A stretch of DNA of 64,000 nucleotides from Planctomycetota bacterium (GTDB lineage: Bacteria; Planctomycetota; PLA2; JAEUHO01), in assembly GCA_050248855.1 (NCBI GenBank), contig JBFWRP010000001.1, positions 224,001-288,000 of the forward strand, given 5' to 3'. Made by a program: the position numbers and the translations under genes. Below the pieces are notes generated by a model. That model had not been told where the DNA came from. It did not search any database and saw only the letters and a list, made by a program, of their open reading frames with translations. Shown piece after piece: positions 46,624 through 56,593 of the stretch. Position 1 is the first letter of the stretch; the number at the start of each line of letters is the position of its first letter.

Positions 46624-49600
46624 ATGCTGGCCCGCCTCCTCGACGTACGACCCGGCGAGGGCCGGCGCCTGCTCCTGCTCGGTGGGCACTTGTTCCTGTT
46701 GCTCGCCGCGCTCGGCGTGCTGATGACCGCGGCCGAGGCGATCTTCCTCGCCGCGTATCCCTACACGTGGGTGCCCTACACCTACATCGGCGGCGCCCTC
46801 GTGAGTGTCGTGGCCTCCTTCGCGTACGGGGCCTTGGACCGACGCGCGGGGCCCCGGCTGCGCTCCACCGCCACGCTGGGCACGCTGGCGGCCACGATCC
46901 TCCTGCTGCGGCTCCTCCTGGTGGTGTGGCCGGCGGGCGGTCCCTTCGTGCTGTTCCTGGTCGCCGCGGGTTTCGGCGTCATCGTCGGCATGGAGAGCGG
47001 CAACCTCGTGACGCGCGCGTTGGACGCACGGCAGGCGCGGCGGCTCTACCCGGCCATCTCCGGCATCGGCGGCATCGGCGCATCCGCCGGGTCCTTCCTG
47101 GTGGCAGGCCTGGCGCGGGTGCTGGCGCCCGCCGACCTGCTGGGCGTGGCCGCGGCCTGCTTCGTGCCGCCCATGGCCCTGGCCGCACGCGTGACGGGCG
47201 ATCACGTGCGGAGCCGGCCGGTCGAGCCTGCGCCGTGGACGGCGGTCCTCTCGAACCGCTTCACGCTGCTGCTCATGGCGATCGTCTCCTTGGCGGGCAT
47301 CCTCTCCACGACGGCCAAGTTCCAGCTGAGCGCGGCCGTCAAGGAGACGCTGCCGGAGCCGGAGATCGCGACGTACCTCGGCATGCTCTACGGCTCGCTG
47401 AGCGTGGCCTCGATCTTCTTCGGCTTCTTCGTCATCCGGCATCTCGTGGCGCGGTGGGGCGTTGGCGCGTCGCTCCTGGTCTACCCGCTGTTGATCACGA
47501 CGGCAGGCCTCTTCGGCATCGCGCTCCCCGGACTCGCAGTCGCCTCCGGCGCGCTCTTCACGGAGCGGCTGCTGCGGCAGAACCTGCAGCGCCCCTTGCT
47601 CAACGTGGCGATGATGCCGCTGCCGGCCCAGGTGGCATCGCGCGCCAAGCTGGCCGTGCGCGGGGTCGTGGAGAACCCCGCGATCGCGCTGACCAGCATC
47701 GGCCTGCTCCTGGTCGGTCCGCACGTGCCGTGGCAGTCCGCCTCCATCGTGCTGCTCGTCGGCGGAGGCGCGTCCCTGGCCTGCGCATGGGCAGCGCGGC
47801 GCCAGTACGCCAAGGAGCTGGTGGCGGCGCTCCACACGCGCAGGCTCGAGACCACCGCGCCGGACGAGACGCCGTGGGTCCTGGACGCGCGCACGCGCAG
47901 CGCGCTCCACGAACAGCTCGCCAGCGAGACGCCCGATCGCGCCGCGCTGGCCTTGCGCCTGTTGGAGGGTCAAGCCGACGACGAGACCGTACGCATCGTG
48001 AGGACCTCCTGGGCAACCTGGCGACCTTGGGTGCGCGTGGTGGCCGTCCGCTCGCTCGCGACGAGCCGTCATGCCGGGGCTCGGGCCTTCCTCGCCGCGC
48101 TCGATGCCGAAGCGGACCCGGAGGCCGTGGCCGAGCGCTTGCGTTCTTCGCTCGACGCCGTCGATCGCGACCGCCTGCGGGGCTTCCTGGTCCATGGCGA
48201 CGCAGGGCTGGCGGCGGCCGCGGCCATCCGCCTCGCACGCGACGGCGAGCGCGTGGACGAGACGCATCGATGGCGCACCTCGGCCGACCCCGCGTGGAGG
48301 ACGGCCGCCGCTGCGGTATCGGCGGCCACGCTGGCACCGGACGATCCCGGCTGGGGCACGCTCCTGGAGGAGGCGCCGGACGCCGTGCTCGCCGAAGCCC
48401 TCCACCGACCCCTCCCGGGGCTCGCGGAGCCGCTGGCCCGGCGACTCACCGACGCCGAACGCCTGCCCGCCATCGTCGCGGCCTTCGAGAGACTTGGCCC
48501 CGCCGCGCGCGAGGCCCTGGCGCGCGCGGCAGCCGATGCCCCGCGCGCGCCCCAGGCACTCGCGCTGCTGCTTGGCGTGTGCGGCGCGGAGGGTCGTCGA
48601 TTGGTCGTGGAGCGCGCGACCGACACCGACGCCACGCTCCGGGGGCACGCCCTGCGGGCGCTGCTGCATGCCCCGGGCCCGCTTGCCGCCGCGGAGGCGC
48701 GTGCCCTCGACGGTGTCGCGGAGCGGGAGTACGCCCTGTGTGTGGCGCGCCATGCCGCACGCACGCATGCTGCACCGGATGTCCGGCGCGAAGGCGCCAC
48801 GTTGCTCGCGCGCTCGCTCGAGCGCCTCTTCCTCGTGCTGGCCCTCCTCGAACCTGGCAAGCCCTACCGTCGCGTGCACCTCTCGCTCGCCTCCGACGTC
48901 GACAGCGAGCGTGCGTTCGCCGTCGAGGCCCTGGACGAGCTGCTCGAGGACCCGTGGCGAGAGCGACTCCTGCCCTTGCTGGACCCGGGGTCGCCAGGCC
49001 ACGGCATGGCGCCGGGAGACCTTGCCGGCGATCCCGCGCTCGCCGAGCTGGCGGCGTCGCTCGCCGACGGCAGCCCGCATCCCCACCTCGCGCGCGCGCG
49101 GGCGTGGCAGGGGGTGCCCCCGCTGGATGCCCTGGCGCTCGACGACCTGCGGGCGCTCTCCCGTGCAGTGTCGGCGGGCGAGCTCCGCGGGCCGCGCTTG
49201 CGCCTCGAGGGCGACGGCCTCGCCAACGTGGCCGCCGCGATCCTCGGTGACGACGACGCCCACGGCGACGGCATCCCCATGGACGCGCTATGGAGCGTGC
49301 TTGCGGCACGACCGCCCGCAGCCCGGGCGTGGTTGCGCCGCCTCTCGGCCGTGCTGTCGCCTGCGGCACCGGCCGAGGCCGACGTCTCCACGAGCGGCAT
49401 GTCGCTCGCCAGCCGCGAAGAGGCGGAAGATCCCGCGACGCTGGACGACGTGCGGCGCTGGCAGCGCACCTTCTACCTGGGTCTGGTTCCGCTCTTCGGT
49501 CCCCTCTCGCTTGCACGGCTGCGCGCAATTGCCGACATCTGCCGTCTCCTCCCGGTGCGTGCAGGCACGGTGATCGTGAGCGAGGGGCGACCGGCGGGCC

Positions 49601-49863
49601 ACGCCTACGTGGTCTGCCGTGGCTCGGTCGAGGTACGTCGGCGTGGGGGACAAGCCACGCGCCTCGAGGCCGGCGAGGCGTTCGGCGTCCTCGGCCTCCT
49701 GTCCGGCGGTGTGCGGCGAACGCAGGTGACCGCGATGACCGACGGCGAGCTCCTCGCCATCGACCGCGTCGACTTCGCCGATCTGCTCGTGGCGCAGCCC
49801 GGCTTGGTCCGGGCGTTCTCCCGACTCCTGGCCGAACGCGCCCAAGCGCTCGGCCCGGCTTGA
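46624..49863 (+). CDS. Npt/TLC-like (MFS) transporter + HEAT repeats + cyclic-nucleotide-binding domain
   Basis: LLDVRPGEG, RQARRLYP, multiple TM helices, C-terminal IVSEG..AYVVCRGSV..GEAFG..RRT. Confidence 0.8.
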   Translation: MLARLLDVRPGEGRRLLLLGGHLFLLLAALGVLMTAAEAIFLAAYPYTWVPYTYIGGALVSVVASFAYGALDRRAGPRLRSTATLGTLAATILLLRLLLVVWPAGGPFVLFLVAAGFGVIVGMESGNLVTRALDARQARRLYPAISGIGGIGASAGSFLVAGLARVLAPADLLGVAAACFVPPMALAARVTGDHVRSRPVEPAPWTAVLSNRFTLLLMAIVSLAGILSTTAKFQLSAAVKETLPEPEIATYLGMLYGSLSVASIFFGFFVIRHLVARWGVGASLLVYPLLITTAGLFGIALPGLAVASGALFTERLLRQNLQRPLLNVAMMPLPAQVASRAKLAVRGVVENPAIALTSIGLLLVGPHVPWQSASIVLLVGGGASLACAWAARRQYAKELVAALHTRRLETTAPDETPWVLDARTRSALHEQLASETPDRAALALRLLEGQADDETVRIVRTSWATWRPWVRVVAVRSLATSRHAGARAFLAALDAEADPEAVAERLRSSLDAVDRDRLRGFLVHGDAGLAAAAAIRLARDGERVDETHRWRTSADPAWRTAAAAVSAATLAPDDPGWGTLLEEAPDAVLAEALHRPLPGLAEPLARRLTDAERLPAIVAAFERLGPAAREALARAAADAPRAPQALALLLGVCGAEGRRLVVERATDTDATLRGHALRALLHAPGPLAAAEARALDGVAEREYALCVARHAARTHAAPDVRREGATLLARSLERLFLVLALLEPGKPYRRVHLSLASDVDSERAFAVEALDELLEDPWRERLLPLLDPGSPGHGMAPGDLAGDPALAELAASLADGSPHPHLARARAWQGVPPLDALALDDLRALSRAVSAGELRGPRLRLEGDGLANVAAAILGDDDAHGDGIPMDALWSVLAARPPAARAWLRRLSAVLSPAAPAEADVSTSGMSLASREEAEDPATLDDVRRWQRTFYLGLVPLFGPLSLARLRAIADICRLLPVRAGTVIVSEGRPAGHAYVVCRGSVEVRRRGGQATRLEAGEAFGVLGLLSGGVRRTQVTAMTDGELLAIDRVDFADLLVAQPGLVRAFSRLLAERAQALGPA

Positions 49864-49966
49864 GGACGGGATCTCGCGAGCCCGGATCCAAGGGCTCTGC
49901 GCGGAATCTCCGGGAATCCCGGGACGATCCGCGCGGCGCGGTTCTCGAGAGGGCAAGGAGATTCCC

Positions 49967-50299
49967 ATGCGACACACCCTTCCCCTCGTCCTCGCCTTCC
50001 TGCTCGCCGCTCCCGTCTACGCCTCCAGCCGCGCTCCCTCCGGGCCCGCCACCCTCGACGACGGTCCGGGCGCGGGCGGTGGGTACGGGAAGCGCGTCCA
50101 CACCCTCGAGGACGGCCCCGGCTCGGGTGGTGGCTACGGCAAGCAGGTCCACACGCTGGATGACGGCCCCGGCGCCGGCGGCGGCTACGGCAAGCAGGTC
50201 CACACGTTGGACGACGGCCCCGGCGCAGGCGGCGGCTACGGCAAGCAGCTCCACGTGCCGCCGTACATCGCGCCCCCCTCGTGGCGTTCGCTCCACTGA
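49967..50299 (+). CDS. Secreted small protein with four 17-aa repeats TL(D/E)DGPG(A/S)GGGYGK(R/Q)(V/L)H
   Basis: AAGGAG SD, signal peptide, 51-nt repeats at 50051-50254 with synonymous variation. Confidence 0.8.
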   Translation: MRHTLPLVLAFLLAAPVYASSRAPSGPATLDDGPGAGGGYGKRVHTLEDGPGSGGGYGKQVHTLDDGPGAGGGYGKQVHTLDDGPGAGGGYGKQLHVPPYIAPPSWRSLH

Positions 50300-50392
50300 C
50301 CGCCACCGGGAGGCACGTGCGATCGAGCCACCACGGTTGCTCCGCAGTCCCCATCAGCCGACCCGCCCGTCGAGCACGACGGGCGGGTCGTC

Positions 50393-51502
50393 TCATGCCG
50401 AAGGTGCACCGCGTCCGAAGAGGCGTCGCCACCAGGAGCGCGGCCTCTGCGTCGCGGGCTCGCGCCCCAGGAGGAAATCGTCGATCGCATCGGCCAGGGC
50501 CCCCGCGGTCGGGAAGCGGTCCTTGCGTTCACGAGCCATCGCCCGCTCCACGATCCCCGTCAAGGCATCGACGGCCGGCAGGGGCTCGGGGGGCGTGGCG
50601 GCCACGCGACGAAGCACGTCGAGCGGCTCGCCGCCGCGGTAGGGCGCATCGCCGGAGAGCAAGCGATACAACGTCGCGCCGAGGCCGTAGACGTCGGAGC
50701 GCTCGTCCGCCGGGAAGCCCATGGCCTGCTCGGGGGCCATGTAGGCGGGCGTGCCCAGCAGCTCGCCGGTCGCGGTCAAGGCAGGCAGCGTGTCGATCGC
50801 CTTGGCCATGCCGAAGTCCAGGACGAACACCTGGCCGGCTCCGTCCACGACGAGGTTGGCCGGCTTGAGATCACGATGCACGACGCCCTGCTCGTGGGCG
50901 TACTGCACCGCACGGGCCGCATCGCGCACGATCTCGGCCGCCCGACGCCGCGGGACGTCCAGGCCCTCCAACGTGGTGCCCGGCACGTACTGCATGGCGA
51001 GGTAGGCCCGGCCCTCGTGTTGCTCGACCTCGTGCACGGGCGGGATCCCCGGGTGCTGGAGCCTGGCGAGGATGCGCGCCTCCCGCACGAAACGCTCGAG
51101 GGCGTACGTGCTGTCGCGCAGCAGCAGCTTGAGAGCCACGTCGCGACCCAGGGTCGGGTCGTGCGCGCGGTAGACCTCGCCCATCGCACCCCGTCCGAGC
51201 TCCTCCTTCACCTCGTACCGGCCGATGCGCCGCGACGGCGCCTGGCCCGGCGCAGGAGGTCCCGCCATGGCTTCCAGCACCTGGTCCAGGCGCACGGCGT
51301 GCTCGAGCTCGGCCAGCAGCGTCGTCGTCAGGCGGCCCGACGCCACCAAGGCAGTGCCCAGGCCCTGGCCGCGGCTGGCTTCGAGCAGCCCGTCGATCTC
51401 GTTCGCGTCGACGAGCCGGCGCGCGACGAGCACGCGCGCGAGCGCGTCGTCCCGCGCCTCGGCTTGGCCGCGACGCACGCCGTCGATCAGCCGAGGATCC
51501 AC
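50393..51502 (-). CDS. Soluble Ser/Thr protein kinase
   Basis: GRGAMG, HRDLKPAN, DFG, GTPAYMAPE; start overlaps the ECF stop. Confidence 0.9.
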   Translation of the reverse strand: MDPRLIDGVRRGQAEARDDALARVLVARRLVDANEIDGLLEASRGQGLGTALVASGRLTTTLLAELEHAVRLDQVLEAMAGPPAPGQAPSRRIGRYEVKEELGRGAMGEVYRAHDPTLGRDVALKLLLRDSTYALERFVREARILARLQHPGIPPVHEVEQHEGRAYLAMQYVPGTTLEGLDVPRRRAAEIVRDAARAVQYAHEQGVVHRDLKPANLVVDGAGQVFVLDFGMAKAIDTLPALTATGELLGTPAYMAPEQAMGFPADERSDVYGLGATLYRLLSGDAPYRGGEPLDVLRRVAATPPEPLPAVDALTGIVERAMARERKDRFPTAGALADAIDDFLLGREPATQRPRSWWRRLFGRGAPSA

Positions 51503-52188
51503 CGGGCCTCCTCGATCGCAGCCTCCGGGTCGCCCACGTACTCCGCGGCGGCCCGGATCACCAGCGTGCGAAGCTCCGCCCGGACCCGGGACAGCGCGTG
51601 GCGCACCTCCGCAGGGGACATGCCCAGGCGCTCCCCCACGGCGGCATACGTCGTGCGCCCGTCGGCGAGGTCGTACGCCTCGAACGCCTCCCACGCGGCC
51701 GATCGCCCCTCGTCGTCGAGGCGTGCGCGCAGCGTGTCCAGCGACCGTGCGAGCACGAGTCGCAGCCAGGCCCGGTCGAACACGTCCTCCGCACTGCCGC
51801 CGGGATCAGCGACGCGACCTGCATCCTCGAGGTCGATGGCGACGCGCCCGCCCCCCCGCTTCTCGCGGGCCGCATCCCGCCTGCGGTTGCGCAGGAAGTT
51901 CGTCAGCGCCGCTTTCAGGAAGCTGCGCAGCGATCCCCGCTCGGGATCGAGCCCCTCCAGGAAATCGCGCTGGAGGAGGTCGGCAAAGAAGGCCTGCGTG
52001 GCATCGGCCGCGTCATCCACGGAAAGCCGCCAGCCGAAGCGCGCCTGGCAGAAGACGGGCTCCCAGTAGCTCTGGCAGAGGGTCTGGAGCAGCTCCTCGC
52101 GTTCGCGCACGTCGCCGCTGCGGTCGCGGAGGATGCGGCTCCACATCGTGGGCGGGAAGGCACCTCGCGGCGAGGACTCGAAGACCAT
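51487..52188 (-). CDS. ECF sigma factor (FxxTxWS N-terminal type)
   Basis: FPPTMWSRI, YWEPV, DAADATQAFF, RGSLRSFL, KRGGG. Confidence 0.88.
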   Translation of the reverse strand: MVFESSPRGAFPPTMWSRILRDRSGDVREREELLQTLCQSYWEPVFCQARFGWRLSVDDAADATQAFFADLLQRDFLEGLDPERGSLRSFLKAALTNFLRNRRRDAAREKRGGGRVAIDLEDAGRVADPGGSAEDVFDRAWLRLVLARSLDTLRARLDDEGRSAAWEAFEAYDLADGRTTYAAVGERLGMSPAEVRHALSRVRAELRTLVIRAAAEYVGDPEAAIEEARWILG

Positions 52189-52245
52189 GGGGCAGGATCC
52201 TACCGGCGGCCTGCGTGACACCGACGGGGCCACGCGGCGCGCTGC

Positions 52246-54798
52246 CTACCGGGCGTCCGCCCCCCCGGCGCCATGCCCGAGGTCCTTGTGCAGCATGTCG
52301 ACCAGTCGCCCCCAGAGCTCGAGGTTGCGGTCGAAGCCCGGGGAGAGCTGTCCCCGCTCCTTGACCCCTGCCAGCCGAGCGACGGCGGCCTCGAACCAGC
52401 GACGTGCCTCCTCGTAGCGTTCCCGGGCAACGACCTCGTCCGGTGCCGCGCCGGCCTCGGCCGCATGGAGGAAGCCCCACGTCGACTCGACCTCGGCCAG
52501 ACCGCACGCCTCCACGGCGGCCCCGCCGCTGCGTTCCAGCCTCCGCTCCTGGATGACCTGGGCATCCCGCAGCGCGGCGCGGGCCTGCGGGAAGTCCTCG
52601 AGTCGATAGAGGACGCTCGCCAAGCGGGTGAGCAAGACGCGCTCGTCCCATTCCAAGCCCAGGTTGTCCGGCTGGGCCGCACGACGGGCGCGCATCCGCT
52701 CGAGCGCGGATCGCGCGACGGTGGCTGCCTCCTCGTACCGCTCGAGCTGCTCCAGGGCCACGGCCAGGTCGCCCTCGCTGTCCTGGATGTACGCCTGCGC
52801 CTCGGCGTCCTGCTCATCGCCCGCAGCCAGCTGCTGGGCGAAGGCCAGGGCCTGCGCGTAGTGGCCCCGCGCTGCCTCGTGGTCCTTGCGACCGCCGGCG
52901 AGATCACCCAGGCTGTCCTGCACGTGCCAGAGCAGCCAGAGGCGCGTGCGATCGGGCGGGCCCGCCTGCACGAGGGCGGCCAAGCGCTCCACCTCGGCGA
53001 TGTGCCGGGCGGCCTCTTCGTCCCGGTCGAGCTCGGCGAAGGCCGACGCGAGGTTCAGGTGGGCCTGCAAGAGGAAGCGATCGCGCTTCATCGCACCGAA
53101 GGTCGCCCAGTCCAGGTCCTTCGCCATCTCGAGGTACTGGCGGTAGCCCTCGAGCGCCGCCTCGAAGTCGTCCACGTACCAGTCCGTATGGGCGCGAGCC
53201 TGGAGGTGGTCCAGACGCGCCGACAGGACGTGCAGGTCGTCCGGGCGACGTGCGGCAAGGGCCGCCAAGTCGGGCTCGACGGCATCCAGCAGGGCGCGCG
53301 CTTCGGGGATCCGGCCCGCCGCCCGGTGATGGGTCGCCAGCGTCAGACGCGCCGCCAGCCAGGCGCCGAACAGGCGATCGTCGTCGGGACGGGCCGCGCG
53401 GGCCTGGCCCAAGTGCTCGATCGCCCGCTCGTAGTAGCGCGTGGCCGCGCCCTCGTCACCCAGGTTCGCCCCACCGGTGCCGCCCTTGATCCCGCCGATC
53501 GAGATCTCGGCGGCCGCCAGGGCCCGGAGCACGACCGGGTCCTCGGACACGCCCTCGATGGCCGCGAGGCGCATGGCCAAGCCCTCGACCTCCTCGGCCA
53601 GCAGCGTGCGGACGCGCGTTGCCCCCATGAGCGTGTCCAGCTTGTTGTCCAGATGATCGGTGACCACCGGGATGAAGCCCGCGCTCTCGTGCAGCAGCGC
53701 ACGCGCACGCCGTTCGTTGCGCTCGGCCTGCTGACGCGCGCGCGCCTCCGAAGCGGCGAACACGCTGATCGCGACCAACGACCCGACCAGCACGACGAGG
53801 CCACCGGCCATGGCCACGAACGCCACGCGATGGCGCCGTGCGTACAGGCGCAGCTGGTACGCCAGCGACGGGGCACGCGCCAGGATGGGACGGCTCTGCA
53901 GGAACCGCTCGATGTCCTCGGCCAGGGCCTCCGCGCTTCCGTAGCGGGCGTCGGGCTCCTTGGCCAACGCCTTGCGCACGATGATGCCCACGTCGCGGGG
54001 CAGGTCCTCGCGCAAGCGCTCGGGCGCCCGCGGGGGCTGGTTGCGGATGGCTCCGATCGTCTCGAGCAGCCCGAGGTTCGTCAGGTCGTACGGGAGCTTC
54101 CCGGTGAGGATCTCGTACAGCAGCACGCCCAGGGCGTACACGTCGCTTCGCGTGTCGATGGACTCGGCCTGTCCCCCCAGCTGCTCCGGGCTCATGTACG
54201 TGACGGTGCCCATGAGATGGGCCGTTCGCGTGCGGGGCGCGTCGGGCGAGGCGTCGTCGCCGGTCAGGCGCGCGATGCCGAAGTCGATCACCTTCGGCCG
54301 CCCGTCTTCCCCCACGAGCACGTTGCCCGGCTTGATGTCGCGGTGGATCACGCCGCGCACATGGCCGGCGTGCACGCCCCGGCACACCTCCATGACCAAG
54401 CGCAGGGCGTCCTCGAGGCCGAGGCCATGGCGCTGCACGTACTCCGTGATCGGCAGGGCGCCGGCAATGTACTCCATCACGAAGTAGGAGAGCTCGGTCG
54501 TGGCATGGTGCGTGCCCGCCCGGTGCACCTGGGCGATGGCCGGGTGGCGGAGCGTGCCGAGCACGTGCGCCTCCTGCTGGAAGCGGTAGCGTGCCTCGGG
54601 CGAGGCCAGCGCATCCCCCAGCAGCTTCACGGCCACTTGGCGACCGGGCGGCTCTTGCCAGCCCTCGTAGACGACGCCCATGCCGCCGCGGCCCATGGGC
54701 CTGCGTAGCGTGCAGTCCCCCAGCACCAAGCCCGCCAGGGCATCGCGCGGTTCCTCGCCACGAGCCGGCGGCCTCCCGCGGGCAGGCGGCGTGTCCAT
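52246..54798 (-). CDS. Ser/Thr protein kinase with TM helix and TPR-like repeats
   Basis: GRGGMG, HRDIKPGN, DFG, YMSPE. Confidence 0.92.
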   Translation of the reverse strand: MDTPPARGRPPARGEEPRDALAGLVLGDCTLRRPMGRGGMGVVYEGWQEPPGRQVAVKLLGDALASPEARYRFQQEAHVLGTLRHPAIAQVHRAGTHHATTELSYFVMEYIAGALPITEYVQRHGLGLEDALRLVMEVCRGVHAGHVRGVIHRDIKPGNVLVGEDGRPKVIDFGIARLTGDDASPDAPRTRTAHLMGTVTYMSPEQLGGQAESIDTRSDVYALGVLLYEILTGKLPYDLTNLGLLETIGAIRNQPPRAPERLREDLPRDVGIIVRKALAKEPDARYGSAEALAEDIERFLQSRPILARAPSLAYQLRLYARRHRVAFVAMAGGLVVLVGSLVAISVFAASEARARQQAERNERRARALLHESAGFIPVVTDHLDNKLDTLMGATRVRTLLAEEVEGLAMRLAAIEGVSEDPVVLRALAAAEISIGGIKGGTGGANLGDEGAATRYYERAIEHLGQARAARPDDDRLFGAWLAARLTLATHHRAAGRIPEARALLDAVEPDLAALAARRPDDLHVLSARLDHLQARAHTDWYVDDFEAALEGYRQYLEMAKDLDWATFGAMKRDRFLLQAHLNLASAFAELDRDEEAARHIAEVERLAALVQAGPPDRTRLWLLWHVQDSLGDLAGGRKDHEAARGHYAQALAFAQQLAAGDEQDAEAQAYIQDSEGDLAVALEQLERYEEAATVARSALERMRARRAAQPDNLGLEWDERVLLTRLASVLYRLEDFPQARAALRDAQVIQERRLERSGGAAVEACGLAEVESTWGFLHAAEAGAAPDEVVARERYEEARRWFEAAVARLAGVKERGQLSPGFDRNLELWGRLVDMLHKDLGHGAGGADAR

Positions 54799-56507
54799 CA
54801 GCGGGTGCGCGCTCCGCCGAGGCGGGACCGGAACCGCGCGTCCACGCAGGCCAGCCTGCACCGGAGCTCGGCCAGGGCGCGCCTCTCGGCCGGTTCCCGC
54901 TTGAGCCGCAGCGGGAGGTAGAAGATCGGCTCCGCGTCGGACTCCACGACGTCGAACGTGAAGTCACCATAGCGCGCGGCCCGCAGCGCGGGCGCATGGA
55001 CGCGCGCCTCGCGCAGGTGCTTCGCCGCGACCTGGATGCGCAGGCCCTCCGCGCCCACGACCGGCACGAACCGCCAGCCCGCGCGCAGCAACGGCGCCTC
55101 GAGCAGGGCGAGAGCGCGCTCCACGGCCGCGACGTCGGGGCCCGTCGCCGTCGAAAGGGCCGCGGCCTGCTCGGACACCGCGGCCCAGGCCTCGGGATCG
55201 GCTTGCTCGCCGACGTCCGCCAGGCGTGCCAGCTCGGCGGCGAGGTCGCCAAGCGCCTGGGCGTGGTCGGGGACCTGCGAGGCCATCGCGGCCAGCGCCT
55301 GCGTCCAGTGCGCCCGGATCGCCTCGACGGTTCCGCTGGCGACGTAGAGCGCGTGTAGCGCCGGTACGCGCGCGACTTCCTTCATGATGGTGGCGACCTT
55401 CTCCAAGTCGCTGAGCTCGCGTGCCGAAGGCGCGTCAAGCCATGCGGCCAGGTCGCGCTCGAGCCGTGCGCGGACCGACGGCTCGAGCGCCGCGCCCAGC
55501 ACGTCGAGAGCCTGGTGCATCCGCTTCAACGTCTTGGTGGCCGACCCCCGGTCGTACTGCGCCCGACCCGTGCGCAGCAGGTCCGCCGCCAGCCACTGAC
55601 GCGTCTCGAGGAAGTCGTGCGATCGGTCCAGCAGCTGCGCGTAGCGCTCACGTGCCGAGCGGTCCGGGAAGCTCAGGAAGAACGCCAGCGGCTCGAACGG
55701 GATGGGAAGGCCCAGCCACGTGAGCGCGGGCGTGAGGATCCAGCGTCGCCGCGCACCATCGGCGTGCTCGACCTGCACGACGAAGTAGAGCATGACCGAG
55801 ACCTGCCGGATTGCGGTGGGCATCCCCTCGCGGTAGCGCACGGCATTGGAGAGGTAGGCGGCGTCGGGCATGGCGGGAAGCGGAACCTCGCCCGGCGCCA
55901 TGACGGTGGCCTGGCCCACGCCATCCCCGCGCTCCAGACGCACGGAGATCGGGCGATGCGTCCGCGCCGCCAGGGTGCCACGGAGCATTTCGAGGCCCTG
56001 CTCGCGGTTCTCGATCTGGCCTTCGGCGTCGGCACCCTCGACCTTCCAGGGCGCGAGCCCGGGATCGCGCGGCTCCTCGTGGGTTCGTGCGATCAGCGCG
56101 CGGAGCACCACCTCGATCCGGCCGAGCGCGCGCTCCGCCGCCTCGTCCACGGGCACGGTCCCCAGGTCGAACACGGCCATGCAGTCCAGGTCGCGCCCCC
56201 GCGTGACGTGGCGGAGGAAGCCGGAGCCGTACGCAGCCCACGTCACCAGCGAGATCGAAGGATCCTCGCCGCTCGCCCGCTCGGCGACGGTGTCAAGCTC
56301 GGCATCGAGGCGGGCGACGGCCGGTGCGACCCAGGGGTATGCACGGGCGTCGACGCTGTCGGACAGGGCCGAAAGCTGCGCCGGCTCTTCGGCGACCGAC
56401 GTGGGTGCGAACCGGCCCGACGTCCACGGCACGAGCAGGAGGAGGAACGCGAGGGGCACGCTCGCCCATCGACCCCGGCGGTCCGCCGTGCGCGGGATGC
56501 GATGCAT
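54798..56507 (-). CDS. Secreted protein with a Pol-beta nucleotidyltransferase-like motif
   Basis: Signal-like N-terminus; AYGS...RDLD; TGATG overlap with the kinase. Confidence 0.55.
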   Translation of the reverse strand: MHRIPRTADRRGRWASVPLAFLLLLVPWTSGRFAPTSVAEEPAQLSALSDSVDARAYPWVAPAVARLDAELDTVAERASGEDPSISLVTWAAYGSGFLRHVTRGRDLDCMAVFDLGTVPVDEAAERALGRIEVVLRALIARTHEEPRDPGLAPWKVEGADAEGQIENREQGLEMLRGTLAARTHRPISVRLERGDGVGQATVMAPGEVPLPAMPDAAYLSNAVRYREGMPTAIRQVSVMLYFVVQVEHADGARRRWILTPALTWLGLPIPFEPLAFFLSFPDRSARERYAQLLDRSHDFLETRQWLAADLLRTGRAQYDRGSATKTLKRMHQALDVLGAALEPSVRARLERDLAAWLDAPSARELSDLEKVATIMKEVARVPALHALYVASGTVEAIRAHWTQALAAMASQVPDHAQALGDLAAELARLADVGEQADPEAWAAVSEQAAALSTATGPDVAAVERALALLEAPLLRAGWRFVPVVGAEGLRIQVAAKHLREARVHAPALRAARYGDFTFDVVESDAEPIFYLPLRLKREPAERRALAELRCRLACVDARFRSRLGGARTR

Positions 56508-56593
56508 GGTGCCGTCCTCCTCGTCGTGCCTGCCTTCCCCGAGGCGTCGCGGCAGGATACCCAAGGGGCTGGCGCATCACGAGGCGCAGCCGG

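Noticed and set aside
49864..49950. Another copy of the 16-kb repeat unit
   Set aside because: Only short GC-rich word matches (GAGCCCGGA, GGGATC); not alignable.
50051..50254. CRISPR or non-coding repeat
   Set aside because: The 51-nt period is in frame, variation is mostly synonymous, and it lies inside a gene with an SD and signal peptide.
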